From NCBI GenBank assembly GCA_036172245.1, contig JAYWIR010000001.1:7502001-7566000 (forward strand): 64,000 nt of DNA. Reading direction: 5' to 3'. The position numbers and the translations under genes are program-made. Positions 42,240-55,232 of this stretch are shown here, one piece after another (position 1 is the stretch's first letter; each line of letters starts with the position of its first letter). Below the pieces are notes generated by a model. The model did no database searches. It had not been told where the DNA came from and saw only the letters and a program-made list of their open reading frames with translations. The DNA comes from Raillietiella orientalis. Its lineage: Eukaryota.

Positions 42240-42559
42240 CATGAGTAGTTTCAAGCAGCGAAGTAGCTGATGGTAAAATAATCGGAATGCTTTCGATTTC
42301 GGATAAGATTACTGCTAGATGTCGAGCACTGCATATGGCTCCCTGCTCTTGCTTGGAAGATGAATCCGTACTCTTCACCAGAGATAATGGACTCGAGTTT
42401 ATATGAGGCGAGAAAAGCACCACCACTCAGGCGTAGAGGCAGGCATTAGGTATTGGACTCGCGCTTTTAATACTATCTCCGAGTGCCTTGTGTAAATGAA
42501 CACGTTCCGAAGGTGTCTTTGAAAATTCATCGACTCTTCAAACGCTTATCCCTGCAGAT

Positions 42560-43700
42560 GCCACGTACCGGTGGACGCAGTCTATTGTTCGGGGACTGCA
42601 GAAAGCGCTTCCACCTAATTGACGGCATCGGGTAGTCTTCCTATGTATAGTTTGCTCAGGATAGAGCACAACTCTTGGGCGGATGTGGGTTAGCGATCGC
42701 TGCTGGGGTGGGCAGGAAGAGGGGGCAAAAAGCATGTCCTCTCAAATGACTCCAGACCTGCGACACAATTGACCTGTTCCCTCGCCTGCGGATGGACTGC
42801 AGTGCTCCCACAATGTGAAGCAAAGGCTGGAGAGCAGCTCTGCTCCATCCAACCAGAGGACACATCGTTCCATACTAAAGGACGCGGACTCTTTACGACC
42901 GCTGTGGTCGCGACCTTGGGTTCTGTCCTCGGCATTGCGGCGTCCCGTTACGGAGTTGCAGAAAACGGCTTTCCGGGAAAACGGTACCCACCCATGCCCT
43001 TCTTCCATCTGTAGCTATCATCGCTGCCCTCACGTAGCAGAGGATCGCCAGAGAGGAGACGGCGAGATAACCAGCTTGGAGAGGCGAGCATTTCTTTAGT
43101 CATGGCGTCCTGGATGGCCTGGGAAGCAGGAGAGAATCATTGAATATCTCTCCTAAGGTTTTTTTTTTTCCAGGTGGTTGTTGGCACCGCTGTTGAGGAC
43201 TCATGGATTTTCCAGGAGTTTCAGTGATTCCCACCTCCACGCGTTTCCGTTTAAGTGAGCTGCAAGGTGAAAGGTGTTCGCTCGTGATCCTGCAGCAGCG
43301 AGTGGACGATTGAGCAGATCAGGTAGCCCTGACCTCGTCCACTCGCCTGCAGCTGTGTAAGAAGATGGGCTCACATCCTTCACAGTCTACTGCGTTCCTC
43401 GTGAGAGTGTTCCAAGGGAGACACCAGTGAACGTAGCACATCCTCGACATGAGAGCGAACCTTCGAAACGATGCCCCGTGCATCCGCGTCCCTTCTGCGG
43501 AGAACGAAGTCGTGCCCACGTGCCAGCGAGGAGGAACGTAGTTGTGGCACGACAGGGTTGATGAGAATGCTGAGGAGAACGGGCGCTACTCTCTGAATGC
43601 AGCCAACTGGCCGACTAGGAGATGGGTCGGCAGGTTTATGAGAATCCCGGGTTGCCTTTCCACGTTTGGAGCACCTCCTTCCTCTCTTTGAGCGGCAGCA
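42560..43700 (-). pseudogene. Decayed R2-superfamily (RLE-type) retrotransposon RT and CCHC fragments
   Basis: YVPPRWHVGTTSFS...SFRRFALMSRMCY; CEGCEPIFL (EGCxEHNF-like); PDLLNRP (LDLxNAFG-like); LCRRSGVI*EDML..SSCPP (CRxCGxxxE..HxL..CP-like). Confidence 0.45.
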
Positions 43701-45978
43701 GCACGCCTTTCAGCTCGCCCAGGAACTTTGGAATCATTTGCATCCGAATCGAAACGAGTAGTAATACAGTGGTTGGCCCACTGATGTGAATATATGCAGC
43801 TTGTCTGAAGTGCTTCATTCCTCGTTTCTGTATACTAGAAACATCTAGAAACGAAAACCCAAACATGGGAACCTTCCCCAAATTCTATTTGAGCCCAATA
43901 CAATTTTAAAAAAGGGAAGTTGACGGTGCAGTATAGTTGACATCAACAAATGAAGTGGCAGCATCAAGACCAGGAAGGAAGCTCCCACTTTTTGCATTAC
44001 ATTGCACAAGAACAGTGTTAAAGAGTATGAGTAGATGGATGTTAACTCTGAACCGAAAGGTACTGGCTGCATTCAGGTGATTCGGGATCCCGATGAAGGT
44101 GCAGCCACCTGTTCAGTCAGCAACAGTTTGTGGTCGGACCCCACAAGCAACTCTGTATATAAAACACCTCCCTATGTATCCTGCGAAGACGGTACATAGC
44201 TTTGAAAATGGTCATGCAATGCCAGCGGATCGTCTGACCCTTCCGTTGTCGTTCCTCTACACATCGGGTGTCCTCACCGTATCTTCACCCTGATGAGCGA
44301 TAAAAAGAGAATAAGAAGCATGAAACAAACGCTTCACATGTAACAGTAAAGAGAAACATCTGGTGCATGCCACTGGTAGACTAGATTCTCTGGACTGGAA
44401 GGGTTATACATATAGGAGAAATGTCCAATATTATCTTTTAAAACAAGTTCAGAAACTGGAGGAATTATACGTGTGGGATAATTCTACATGGGAGATTATA
44501 GTTATCTTGCTCGGTAAGGCATTCTCTTCTTAATAAGGGTCCATTTCAACCTGGGGATTGATTTTCTTGGAATGAAAGTAGCAGTAATGTCTTCCTGAAT
44601 CTTCTAGGAGAGTCAAGAGGGCACTGGAAGTGAAGATGCCCATGCTTCCAACACAAGCGTTTCGAGTGGAAAATCGCAGTGAAGAAAAGCGAGGAGGCAT
44701 CGGCGCTGCAGGAGGACGACGATTGCTGTGTCTTCCGCACAACACCTGCATGCACGACCATCCCGATGACGCTGCAGCTTTGAGTTTCGAAACTGCCTTC
44801 GAACACCAAGAATTCCTTCTTGATGTTCCTAATCACCAGATTTCTCGCGATTGCATATCCACTATCTGAATTTACTCTTCAAGTGAAACGTAGAACATCT
44901 GAAGTCTCGGAAAAATAGGAAGGTATATGGATAGTCCTTTTGGGTATCAAGCTGTTGGCAGTTTCAAAATGGAATTGTACCCTACAATTAATCACAAATT
45001 AAAACTTTCTCTGCAGCCATCTAAAATGGAATTGCATCATAGAGAAAAGCAGGCTAACTAATGTACAACATTAAACAAGGAACATATTTCATGTTATTCA
45101 TTTTCATTTATAATGGTACTGACGATTCCAAGACGACCAAATAAGCCAAGTTGTTGTCAGATCTAGGAAAACGATGCTCAGATTCTTCCAAAGAAACGGA
45201 CAAGGCAAACAGGAAACACCATCAACTAAAGTAATGAATGCATCTTTCGTGTTTCCAGAGTGCCTAGCATTGAAACATCCAGAAGATACCAAAATGTTAG
45301 GATCTCACTGAAAGTAGCGGTTCGACTTTTCATTAACCCAGAGAATGAGGCCCCCATGATTAATATGAGTGCTTTCCTTGTTGGAACAGAAATGAGACGT
45401 AGTCAAACACAGCTTCATCTTCTCTCTCTGTCAACACATCCGGGAGACCCAATCTGGATTCAAATGACAACCCTGAATCTATTAGCGGAAAGTTCGAGCC
45501 CTGCCATTCATTAGGTTCATGAGAAAGTGTTCATGTGTTGGGAGGGAAAGCAAACGTAGCTCAGTTTCGCTCATGATATTTCTTGGAGGTCCACTTTGTG
45601 CTTTTTAATGCCAGCTTGTTGTGGTGCTGAAAAGATTGTGATCAATCACATCCGACAAATGAGACGGAGAACCACAATACCCTTGAAGTGAAGCGTTTTG
45701 AAAACGGAATTGTTGTTTCAGTGAGGACTGAAATGTTGCATCTGAAAGAGACCGAACACAAACTCAAATTCAAGAGAAGAATTGTCAAATGCCAAGATAG
45801 AATGAGTCTCGATTACAATCAGAGAGAAACAGCAGTTATAAACACGCGGAAATACGTGAAAAGATGTGCAACAGAACAAAGAACGGAATCAAGTGCAGTT
45901 TGTTCTCTCCAACTAAGACTCTACGTCGAGGTCCAAGGAGCACTGTTCCCCTAGCCGCGGTTTCCTGTTTTCTAATCC

Positions 45979-48025
45979 CACGACTTCCACAAAATCTTCG
46001 ATAGAAAACAAAGAATTTGGGATGATAAAGGCCAGTTGAAGGAAGAGATCCTCCTCAGTCGTTGCCAACTCATTTCAACAACTGAAAGCTTTGGAACAAT
46101 GCCCGAATCCAAAGGTTATGGGAAATACAGACACCAGGAGAGGAGCATTTCGGACCTAAATTTGCAAACGTGCTCCCGGTGGGGCGTCACTATCATTCAC
46201 TCTTCCGGAATGCTTTATCCATTACTAAGAACTACGAAAGCCAATGGTATACTCGAGAAACTGCACGAGGGTGAGGCCATCAGGAAACAGAAACGACTCC
46301 TCAAATGGGAGGTCTCAGATGATTCTGCATCTCTCTCCCACATTGATAATCGCGACCATAACCAACAAAAGAAATTTATGCTCTCAGACAAGCGATGCTT
46401 GTCAAGCTCACCATAATGACGCTTCATGTTGACTTCGAAAAGCAATTTTAGACATGCACATTTTCATGGATTTTTCCTGAGGAAACTCGCAATCGGGAGA
46501 CGGAACTAAGATTAGTGCTGAACTTTCCGTTGTTGAGTCCGGGAATGCCAAGTGCTACCTCAAATCAACATAGCCTTACCAGTATATCACTAGGAAAGTC
46601 ATAAAGAAGGAACATTTGGATAAGATTGATGTGATGGCCATTGCTCACAAAGATGCTCAACTCGAATGCTTTTGAGAAGTGAGAAACAAGCAGCTATATA
46701 TGAGGGGCGGGGTATGCACTGTTTTCTTGCAATGTGTACAGTGGCCACGAGAATTTACATTCCCTAGAAAGGTCCAACGAGCTAAAATGATGCATGAGGG
46801 TTTTCAGAGGGCATGCAGATGATTTTCTTGAGGGCTTTGTAACTGTTTTTTTTATGATGTTTCTAAAGAACGTCTTTATGAGCTAGCATGATCATCTAAT
46901 TCCGTGAACAGAGGGATTCCTGCCATAGTCACGAATCTTTGTCTCAACAGGAACTCCACCAAACCTCATCAGGACCTCATGTGAATCGTTTAATTCAGAG
47001 TAAGGCATCACGCGTTCTCTGGAGAACGTTTGATGGTTTTCTGTTTGTGCTTCCTAAGTCTGTGAATAGATTTTGAAGTTTAGTGTAAAGAGAATTTGTT
47101 GTCCCGTAGTTTCACGAAAGATGAGGAAAAATCCAACAATGTTAGGAGAGATCTCATACCTATACTAGCGACGAAACATGATGATCTGAATAACTTATGT
47201 AATGTAACAGCGTGCACGACAGGATTCTATATCGAACAAAATTAGACTCTAATAAGATTGTGTATGTATTTAATTCGATCGAAAATCATTTCATCAATGA
47301 TATATGACTTAGATCATTGTCAAATATTTATGAAAACTTGACAGAATGAATGATACGGTGATTTGATGAATGAATTAAGCAACGCTCAGCTTTAAGATAG
47401 ATATTAGAAGAATGAATTTTCGAATTCGATTTAAAATCTTATTGAACCATTGGCAAGAAACTGAAGGCAGCAGCAACATCACAGCTGCTAAACTGATCTT
47501 GCTAAACTGGAAACTTAAGTTAGAGGATGTGTTAGAGATTTCAAAATCATCGGTACTCTTATCGAAAGGGAGGCGGACTCCACTACCCAGAGGTTTTTAA
47601 ATACTCATTTTTGTAATTTTAGATTCACTTGCAGTGCTTCCGCAAAATCGTGACATTTAAATAAAGATCATAACTCCTTAAATTTTCTCAGAACATGCCA
47701 CCTTATTTAAATTTTTAGAACTCTTTATTAATCACATTAATCACATCAGCTGTCAATCTTACCATACAAAAAAATTACCATGACACATCTCCAACATTTG
47801 CAAATTTACGTTCGAAATCCTCCACTCCTGGTGTGTGTATTTCTCATAACTCTTTGATTCAGCCATTTCACCTTGTTCCAAAATGTCCAGGTGTTGAATA
47901 GAGTTGAGAACGACTGAGGAGAATCTCATCCTTCAACCAGTTTTCATCCGGAATTCTTCCTCTTCTGTTGAAGATTTCTCTTGACTTGTGCATCGTAAAG
48001 TACACTTCACGATTTTTGGAAATCA
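45979..48025. repeat. Diverged inverted duplication of ~200 nt (45979-46175 + versus ~47790-48025 -)
   Basis: TTGAAGGAAGAGATCCTCCTCAGTCGTT...GAAATACAGACACCAGGAG..TAAATTTGCAAA aligns with the reverse complement TTGAAGGATGAGATTCTCCTCAGTCGTT...GAAATACACACACCAGGAG..TAAATTTGCAAA. Confidence 0.75.
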
Positions 48026-48481
48026 TGCCCTCTTATACCACTGGCTTTGTTATGATTCATTGGTAGCATCCAGAAAACAAGCCTGCATTAGGAAAATCCT
48101 CCACTCTACATTTGCAACCAGTCGAGTTTGCCATACAAACTATGATAAAAAAAAAAAGAAACCAAAATCCTTAGAAAAGTTACGAATTTTACGCACATAT
48201 CTACATTTAGTGCATTTATTGAGTCTTAAGTAACACCTAGGTTATAAACAACCAGAAACTGAAAGCATTGGGATCATGATGTCGAAATTCACAAACCACT
48301 AAATTGTTGATGTTGTAGTCTATATGTTTGATACAACAGATTAGGTAATCTTCATGTCATAAATACCTTGTTATCTCGCTCAACCCCTATAATCACAAAT
48401 CTGATTTGCTAAGTACTTGAGTGTAACTAAAGTGTAGTATCCCGTGAATGTAATACGAATTTCTAAATACTCTATTTGTTC

Positions 48482-51400
48482 ATGCACATTCGCGTGTGTG
48501 GAGCGGGATTCCTGTGTTTTGCCAGGAAAGTTGAAAACTTGAGTTGTGACAGCTTCATTGGAAGTATGCTGTATATGCTTATTCCCTCCAAGTTACTTTA
48601 TTTTGAAATTTCTCAAGTTTGCAGATATAAACATAGGGTAGTTTCCCCTACCATTCTTGCAAATTTTAAAAGTTTTGAAACTCCCATTCGAGCATTTCCA
48701 CGTTATTTCACAGGTTAGCGCCTGCCTTTGTTTTTTTTTTTTTTATTTATTTGTTTAAGCACAAGGGGACGAGATCAAAGTTTAGAAATCCTTCATAAGT
48801 AACTTTAATGATTTTAATAGGCTTGAATTTTTACTGTATTAACTCTGATTCTATAGATTCTAAAAGATTCGGAAGAAAAAGACCTCTTCAAAAACAGCAT
48901 CAGGATATCCATAATTTGCTTGAAGAGGTTGAAGATGAAGCAACCTCTTTTTTCCAATCACCAGAAAAAGCATATGATGAGTACACAAGGTAACAGCCAA
49001 ATTGGCATTTGGATCTGTGTGTTTTTTATTCCTTAGTGTATTTAAGTATGTTTGTGGTAACTGCAATGTATGAGTTTAAACTGGTGATCTAGAAATCGGC
49101 GATAGTGCTATTACATTGTACTCTAGCAGCAGACAAATAACAAGTGAGGTGTGCATTAGCATTTATATCAATTGGATTAGTATTCAAGTCAGTATTGACC
49201 ATTGTGTATTATTAGGCTTATATATAGCTGAAACATTATTAAAATGATGCCCACCTGCAGAAATTAGGCATATTATTTTGTCAGAATAAATCAAATTTTG
49301 ATACATCCAACAGTCAGTCATTGGAATTTCTTTAAAAATAGTTTTCTTTAATCCTAATTGATGCAACAATTTTTAACTTTTAATTATGTTTATTCCATTA
49401 TAAAAATTGAGTTTGCATTTTTCGTTCATGTCTTGGACATGAACTTTTCATATTATGTTTTAAGGTTTAGTCAGATAATATGTGAATTCAGCAAGCAAAC
49501 TTGAGTACAAAGCAATTCAATCTGTGTAATACGTCACTTAAAATGGATAATGCATCCTTGATGGCATGGCAGTTTCGATTATTCTAACACGTGCATTTTA
49601 CTGGCAGACAAATAAGTTCAGTATTTTTTGCTGTATCTTGAAAAAAAATTCATCATATAAATAGGTTTACTGTTATGCTGTTCATATATTTCAGATAAAC
49701 ACCACATCACTTATTTTAAACGTAAAATCATAGTTTCATATCAAAAGAATGGTGATTTTATGTTGTTAATTTAATGCTAAGAGAACCATGTAGCATTATG
49801 TTACTTCTCCAAAAACAATGGGAAGAACACAGAATAATAATGCAGAAACAACAGTCTGACAAATCTGTGATTGTGTGCATTATTATTATTTATAGATGAG
49901 TTGTTTCAAGTTTTTCAAAATGAAATTGTTTAAGAGGATTGCTATTTATGCGTAACATTCTATACTTTCATTTATTTTCATACCTATGTAAAGTATTGAT
50001 CTTTTAATCACCCTTTCAGTCACCCAACTGAATGTTGATGTTGTTCTCTTTTTTAAAAGGAATTCTTCTTGAGCTTTATTTTGCTCTTGTGCTTTTTATG
50101 AGGCTATATATGTGTGGGTTCTTTTAGCTAACATTTCAAGGTATCTGAAACAACCAGTTATAGCACAGGAATAATGAACTTTCTACCTCACTTAGTGTTT
50201 TTCCAGTATCTGGAGCATTAAATATTTTTCATACTGTCTTCAAATGCGCATGCTTTTGAAATAAGCAGATTGGAAATAGCCAATAATCTGTATTCTTATT
50301 TAATGGTTAATTCTGTTTGCTGCTTTTAACTTAATCCATTTGAATATGCATGTTGCTTAGCTTATGTTTGTGGAATATAGTGCAGTTCTTCTAATCCATT
50401 TTATTTGTAGAAAGCCATGTTTAATTTTCATTTCTGTGTGTGTTATTTAAAAATCTTTGTCATACAATACACAGTTGTTTCTTCCATTCAAAAACAAAGA
50501 AAGATACAGGCAATTTCAGAATTTAAATCAAGAATTTAAAAAGCTTGTATCTTCTTGCATTATTTACTTTGTTGTCATTCAAGCATTTGTCATAAGTAGC
50601 AGCCTACAACTCTTCAGTACTTTAATTTGGTGTTTTTTTTTTATTCCCCCAATAAACCTTTGTTTTATAAAGAATATGTGAAATTCTATTCTTGTTTGTT
50701 TCCAATAGATGTTTTCTTGTCAGCCATTTGAAAGAGGAGTAACTGTCAACTTCTCACAACATCCTCAAAGCTTTTGAGTTTATAATTTCTTCCAAATTCT
50801 TCATCTCTTGATTATTGACCATGAACTCTAATCAGGTTTTTCTAAATGGTATAGGCATTGAGTTAAACAATAAATAATCATCGACCGTTCTCATTTATTG
50901 TTCTTATTAAAATGTTTTTGTTTTTGTTTTCAGCAAAATGACATATTTTTCTGTATGTAAATATTAAAAGTTATGTTGATGATTCAAAATTTGTTTTCAA
51001 TGACTTCACTCATGATTTACTGATTCGAAAATTTCGACCATGCCTCCACTGCTTTCAGCATGCAATAGTATTTTCCCACTTCTTTCCTATGATCAAGCAT
51101 CATCCAAGACATTTTTCTGATATTTTTGTTTCAATAGCATGTAAAAGTACATTGTAACAACTTTTGACAAATTTAGAAGTTGGAATGTGCTGCAAATTGC
51201 GTAAATTTAATTCACTTGAGCAGTCCAGATATAGAAACTTTAGTGATGCCACAAAATTTTTCTCATAATTTATTACCTTGTTTGATCAAAATAATGTGAT
51301 CCAAGTAAAGTTCTTGCAGTGCTTTTATTTCTGTAATGGGACTCACATCTTAATATGCTGTGTTGCTCATTGTGCAAATATTGTGTTGAACATATGTTTA

Positions 51401-52514
51401 ATTGAATAAAGCAATGAAAATACTTATTGTTTGGCAATGATGTATCAATTTACAGTGATTAAGTCAACGTTATTTATCGAGTTTGTTGTCATTTACAATC
51501 CATTGTATTCAGTGAAAACAATTATTTATTTATTATTATAAAGGAATCTAAAGCTTTAAATAGGCTATATAAAGTTTGCTTCATATTTTGTGTATGTTGT
51601 AGGGAGAAAAAGAGACATTATACAAATGCTAAATTCAACACAATTAAAAGGAAGTTTTTTAAGCAAGAAAGTGGCCTGAATCTGTTAAGCTGGGCTGCCA
51701 AAGAACAGATTCGGCAGTTGCATTCCGAAAATCCCGATCATTGGACTCCCGAGGTGCTTTCTAAGAGCTTCCCAGCATCTCCAGAAATTATAAAAGTATG
51801 CAATTATTCCTTTCATTTTTGAGTTGGATGTTTAAAATATTTGCTAAATTATTTTAAAACTTGAGAATTTAATCGGTTTTTGATGTCTGCTCTAGAAAAT
51901 CCTGAAAAGTAAATGGGTTTTAAAGGATAAAGAGATTCAGCGTCATGATGCAAAAGTTGCTGAAAACTGGAAAATAATTGCCAGGCAAAAAGATGCCGAG
52001 AAACTCCCAGAAATGAAACAAATAACCGGATTGTTTCCACATTTGCATAAACATCCAGGGAATGGTAAGTATGTGAAACTTGAACGAACTGGTGTATTTA
52101 AAACTGAATTTAGATATGTGTGCTCCAGAGCCTGAGCCTAGTGAAAAAAATCCTAAAAACATTGGCATATTTGGGCATCTCATTAGAGCATTTGAAAACT
52201 CCGTGAATTATGAATCAAACAATGAACTTGTTTCTGCAAAAGAACTTCATCCAAGTACTAAGCATACTGATCATAAAAAGAAAACCGTTGACAAATCAGT
52301 TGACAAACAACGAAAAGTTGATATTGCTTTACATGCCCTGAGACATCAGCACCACCCTTCTATGAATGAACCATCTGTTTCCGTCATGAACGATATTCCA
52401 GAAGAAAGAATAACCATACCTACTGATCAACCTCAAGGAAAGCTGTATCGTTGCCGAAATCATTTTTATTGTGCCAGTGGAGAGTATTTGTATAGCATTC
52501 CTGAAGGATTATGA
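48482..52514 (+). CDS. NGRN: Neugrin (mitoribosome biogenesis factor)
   Basis: Exons at about 48482-48562, 48618-48712, 48821-48989, 51604-51796, 51896-52064 and 52114-52514. Motif LLSWAAKEQIRQLHSENPDHWTPEVLSKSFPASPEIIKKILKSKW...HDAKVAENW and C-terminal FYCASGEYLYSIP. The 5' exons and start codon are less certain. Confidence 0.85.
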
Positions 52515-52578
52515 TGGGATTGGGTGCAGTTTGGGTATTCAATTATAAAATGAAAAATTGCCTTTACTTGTAGAATCG

Positions 52579-55232
52579 ATGTGTGCGTTTGTCCGAACTG
52601 AGAAAAAAAACAGAAAGGTTCCTTTGAGGAAATCAACCAGACTGAACCTATGTAATAAAGTAGGTACGTGTTTGACACCTAATAAACGGACTTCTTTGGA
52701 ACGTTGGCTCTCAGCCGTTCCAGATGTCACAAAGGGTGACAATCTTTACGAAATAGATCCAAACGACAAGTATGCAATCCATTTAATTCCTTTTTTCTAT
52801 AGTAATTACAGTTCAAAAATTGCAGAGCTTGATATACAGTACTTGAAGAAAGAATATCCATCGCCTGATTTCTCTGACGCACATGCCATAATCTCAGAGG
52901 AGATTGCAGAATCTCCTTGTACACCACATGGAAATCAGAATGCCACGTTTTCTGGTGTTCAGTGCCAAAAAAGCTGCCCAGCTCGTATTTCCAGTGACAC
53001 AAGTGATATATCACCCTGTCTAGTTAGTGCTCCATATAGCATTCCAAGACAACCATACACACAAACAAATCATAATTTGGATTCTGTCCGTCGCTCCTTA
53101 TTTTCTCTTTCTCCATCTCCTTATTATTTATCCCATTTTGTCCATCTTGTTTGTTCAGCTGTAGATGATGACCATCATAAACATTTATTTAATGAAAGTG
53201 ACATTCATGTAGTGCAACGTTTTCGTTGTCTTCACCTTGATGCCAGGAAGCTGTATGTACGCCTTTTTCAGAGAAAACCTGGTTTTTTAAGGCCTTCTGA
53301 AATGCAATATGGGGAAATTGATACTGATGTGAATCAAGTGCTCAAAGAATTGTCCCAGCAAGGATTTGTGCAAAGTTGTAAGTGCACAACACTTTACTAG
53401 CCAAGTGATCACTGGAGGTGAAGTAACATGTCCACTCCATGAAGTACTGGAACTGCTGAAAGTTCCGGAACTCAAGGCATTATGTCGAAAGATGCATTTA
53501 AGTGTTTCCGGAACAAAAGATCAGATGATCACACAGCTGATGCAGTTGTCAGTCAAGCAGCGCAGGCTTTTTTCATGTGAAGACATAAGTCATTGTATCT
53601 TGGTCAAGTAAGCTTTTGTCAGTTAATCATACATGATTTTTTTTTTTTTCAAATAGGGCTCAAGAGCTTCTTGGTTCCTGTTATCGAGTAACTTCTGGAC
53701 CAAGAACAGTATTCATGAGAGCTTTGTTGTTGAGTACATTTCCCAATTATCATGACTTCCGAGCTGTGCAATATCCACTTTTAGCAGAGATGAAAACCTT
53801 GATGGGTGTTACATATCCTTCTTATAATGTTCATCGAAAAACAAGGCTCTACATGAATCGGGACGATTTTTTGTCATTTCAAGAGGCAGTTCAATCATTG
53901 TGGGAACTAAAACATCTAATGGAAAATCGAAGATACAAAGAGGGCATACCTTTGAATAGTAATGCTAAACAAGCAATGATACAACTGCTCAAGAGTGACT
54001 TTTGTACATATCATGAACAGTTGGCACCATTTTTACGTTACTATACATCAGGCACAGCATATTGCTTCATGCTTGATGTAGGTGTACAGATACTTCAGCG
54101 ATTGCGTCTTTATGCTGAAGCTGTTGAACAGTTGCGATTCTTACTTAACCAAACTACATATCTGACAAACAGACGTGGCAAATGGTTTGACCGCTTGGCT
54201 CTAAACTTGGAAAAACACTTAAAAAGAAAGAAAGAAGCTTTGGATGCTGCTGTTTCAGCATTAGATGATCCGGAAGTTCGTGAAGCCTCTTATCTTTCTC
54301 TTCATCAAAGAGCCCAAAGAATCAGCAACACTTTGAAAGTGACAAACTGGTTTGTGCCAGAGAATTCCCAGTACTGTGCTACAGGAGATGAAGTGCCTCA
54401 CACAGAAATTGTAGCCCGATCTCTATCAATGGAAATGACAGGGGAAAACATTAAATTTCTTCATCCATCTTCTCAGAGCTTGAGTTTTCAAGTATGCAAT
54501 GTAGAAGAAATAGTTATAGCTCATTATCAGAGTAAAGGGTATCCCCTTGGTAAGTGCATCAGCAATTATCAAGTTATGTGGAAGATAAATGTTATTTAGG
54601 AGTACATGGAGAAAGTAGCATTTATCACACCCTTTTGGGACTTTTTTTCTGGGATGTCCTTTACGAAAACTCAGTGCCAGATGTCTTCCTCAGTAAATAC
54701 CAGACATTGCCTTTAGATATGAATTCGGATCATTTCTATGCAAATCGCAAACTGCTGATAGATACACGATTGGAAGACTTACGGAGATGGCCGGTGGCAG
54801 AAGCACATAAATTTTTACAGTGTATTTGGGAGAAAAACTCAGGTGTTTCTTCCATAGTTAATTGGAAATTATTTGAGCTCCAGCAGTTGAAAAGTTTAGT
54901 GACATGCATGGGAACATTATTGATTGCTGGCATATGTGAAAGGCTGCTAAAGAATTTTTACCACACTCGCAGTGGGCTTCCAGATCTCATTGTCTGGAAT
55001 CCTGATGAACATGTATATCGCATTATTGAGGTTAAAGGTCCCAATGATATCTTATCTTCTAAGCAGGTGTTGTGGTTGGCATACTTAAACAAACTGGGTG
55101 CAGTAGCAGAAGTGTGTCATGTTAAAGGTAATGTTGTAGACATAATGACATTTTCATGCTATTTTGTGTATAGCAATTGGACCCAAAACTCTCACAGATT
55201 GTCAGAGTAATGAGGCAATCCATGTTGATTGA
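52579..55232 (+). CDS. FAN1: Fanconi-associated nuclease 1 (SAP, TPR and VRR-NUC domains; no UBZ seen)
   Basis: KLYVRLFQRK; SAP LELLKVPELKALCRK...GTKDQMI; RRGKWFDRLALNLEKHLK; VEEIVIAHY..GVHGESS..GLFFWDV; RSGLPDLIVWNP..IEVKGPNDILSSKQVLWL..AEVCHV. Four short introns near 53378, 53608, 54550 and 55128; stop at 55230-55232. The start may lie at 52511/52514 instead (see findings). Confidence 0.93.

Noticed and set aside
48429-48441. AAGTGTAGTATC matches the U2 snRNA branch-pairing region
   Set aside because: 12-nt match only, not adjacent to the Utopia-like relics, and no further U2 homology.
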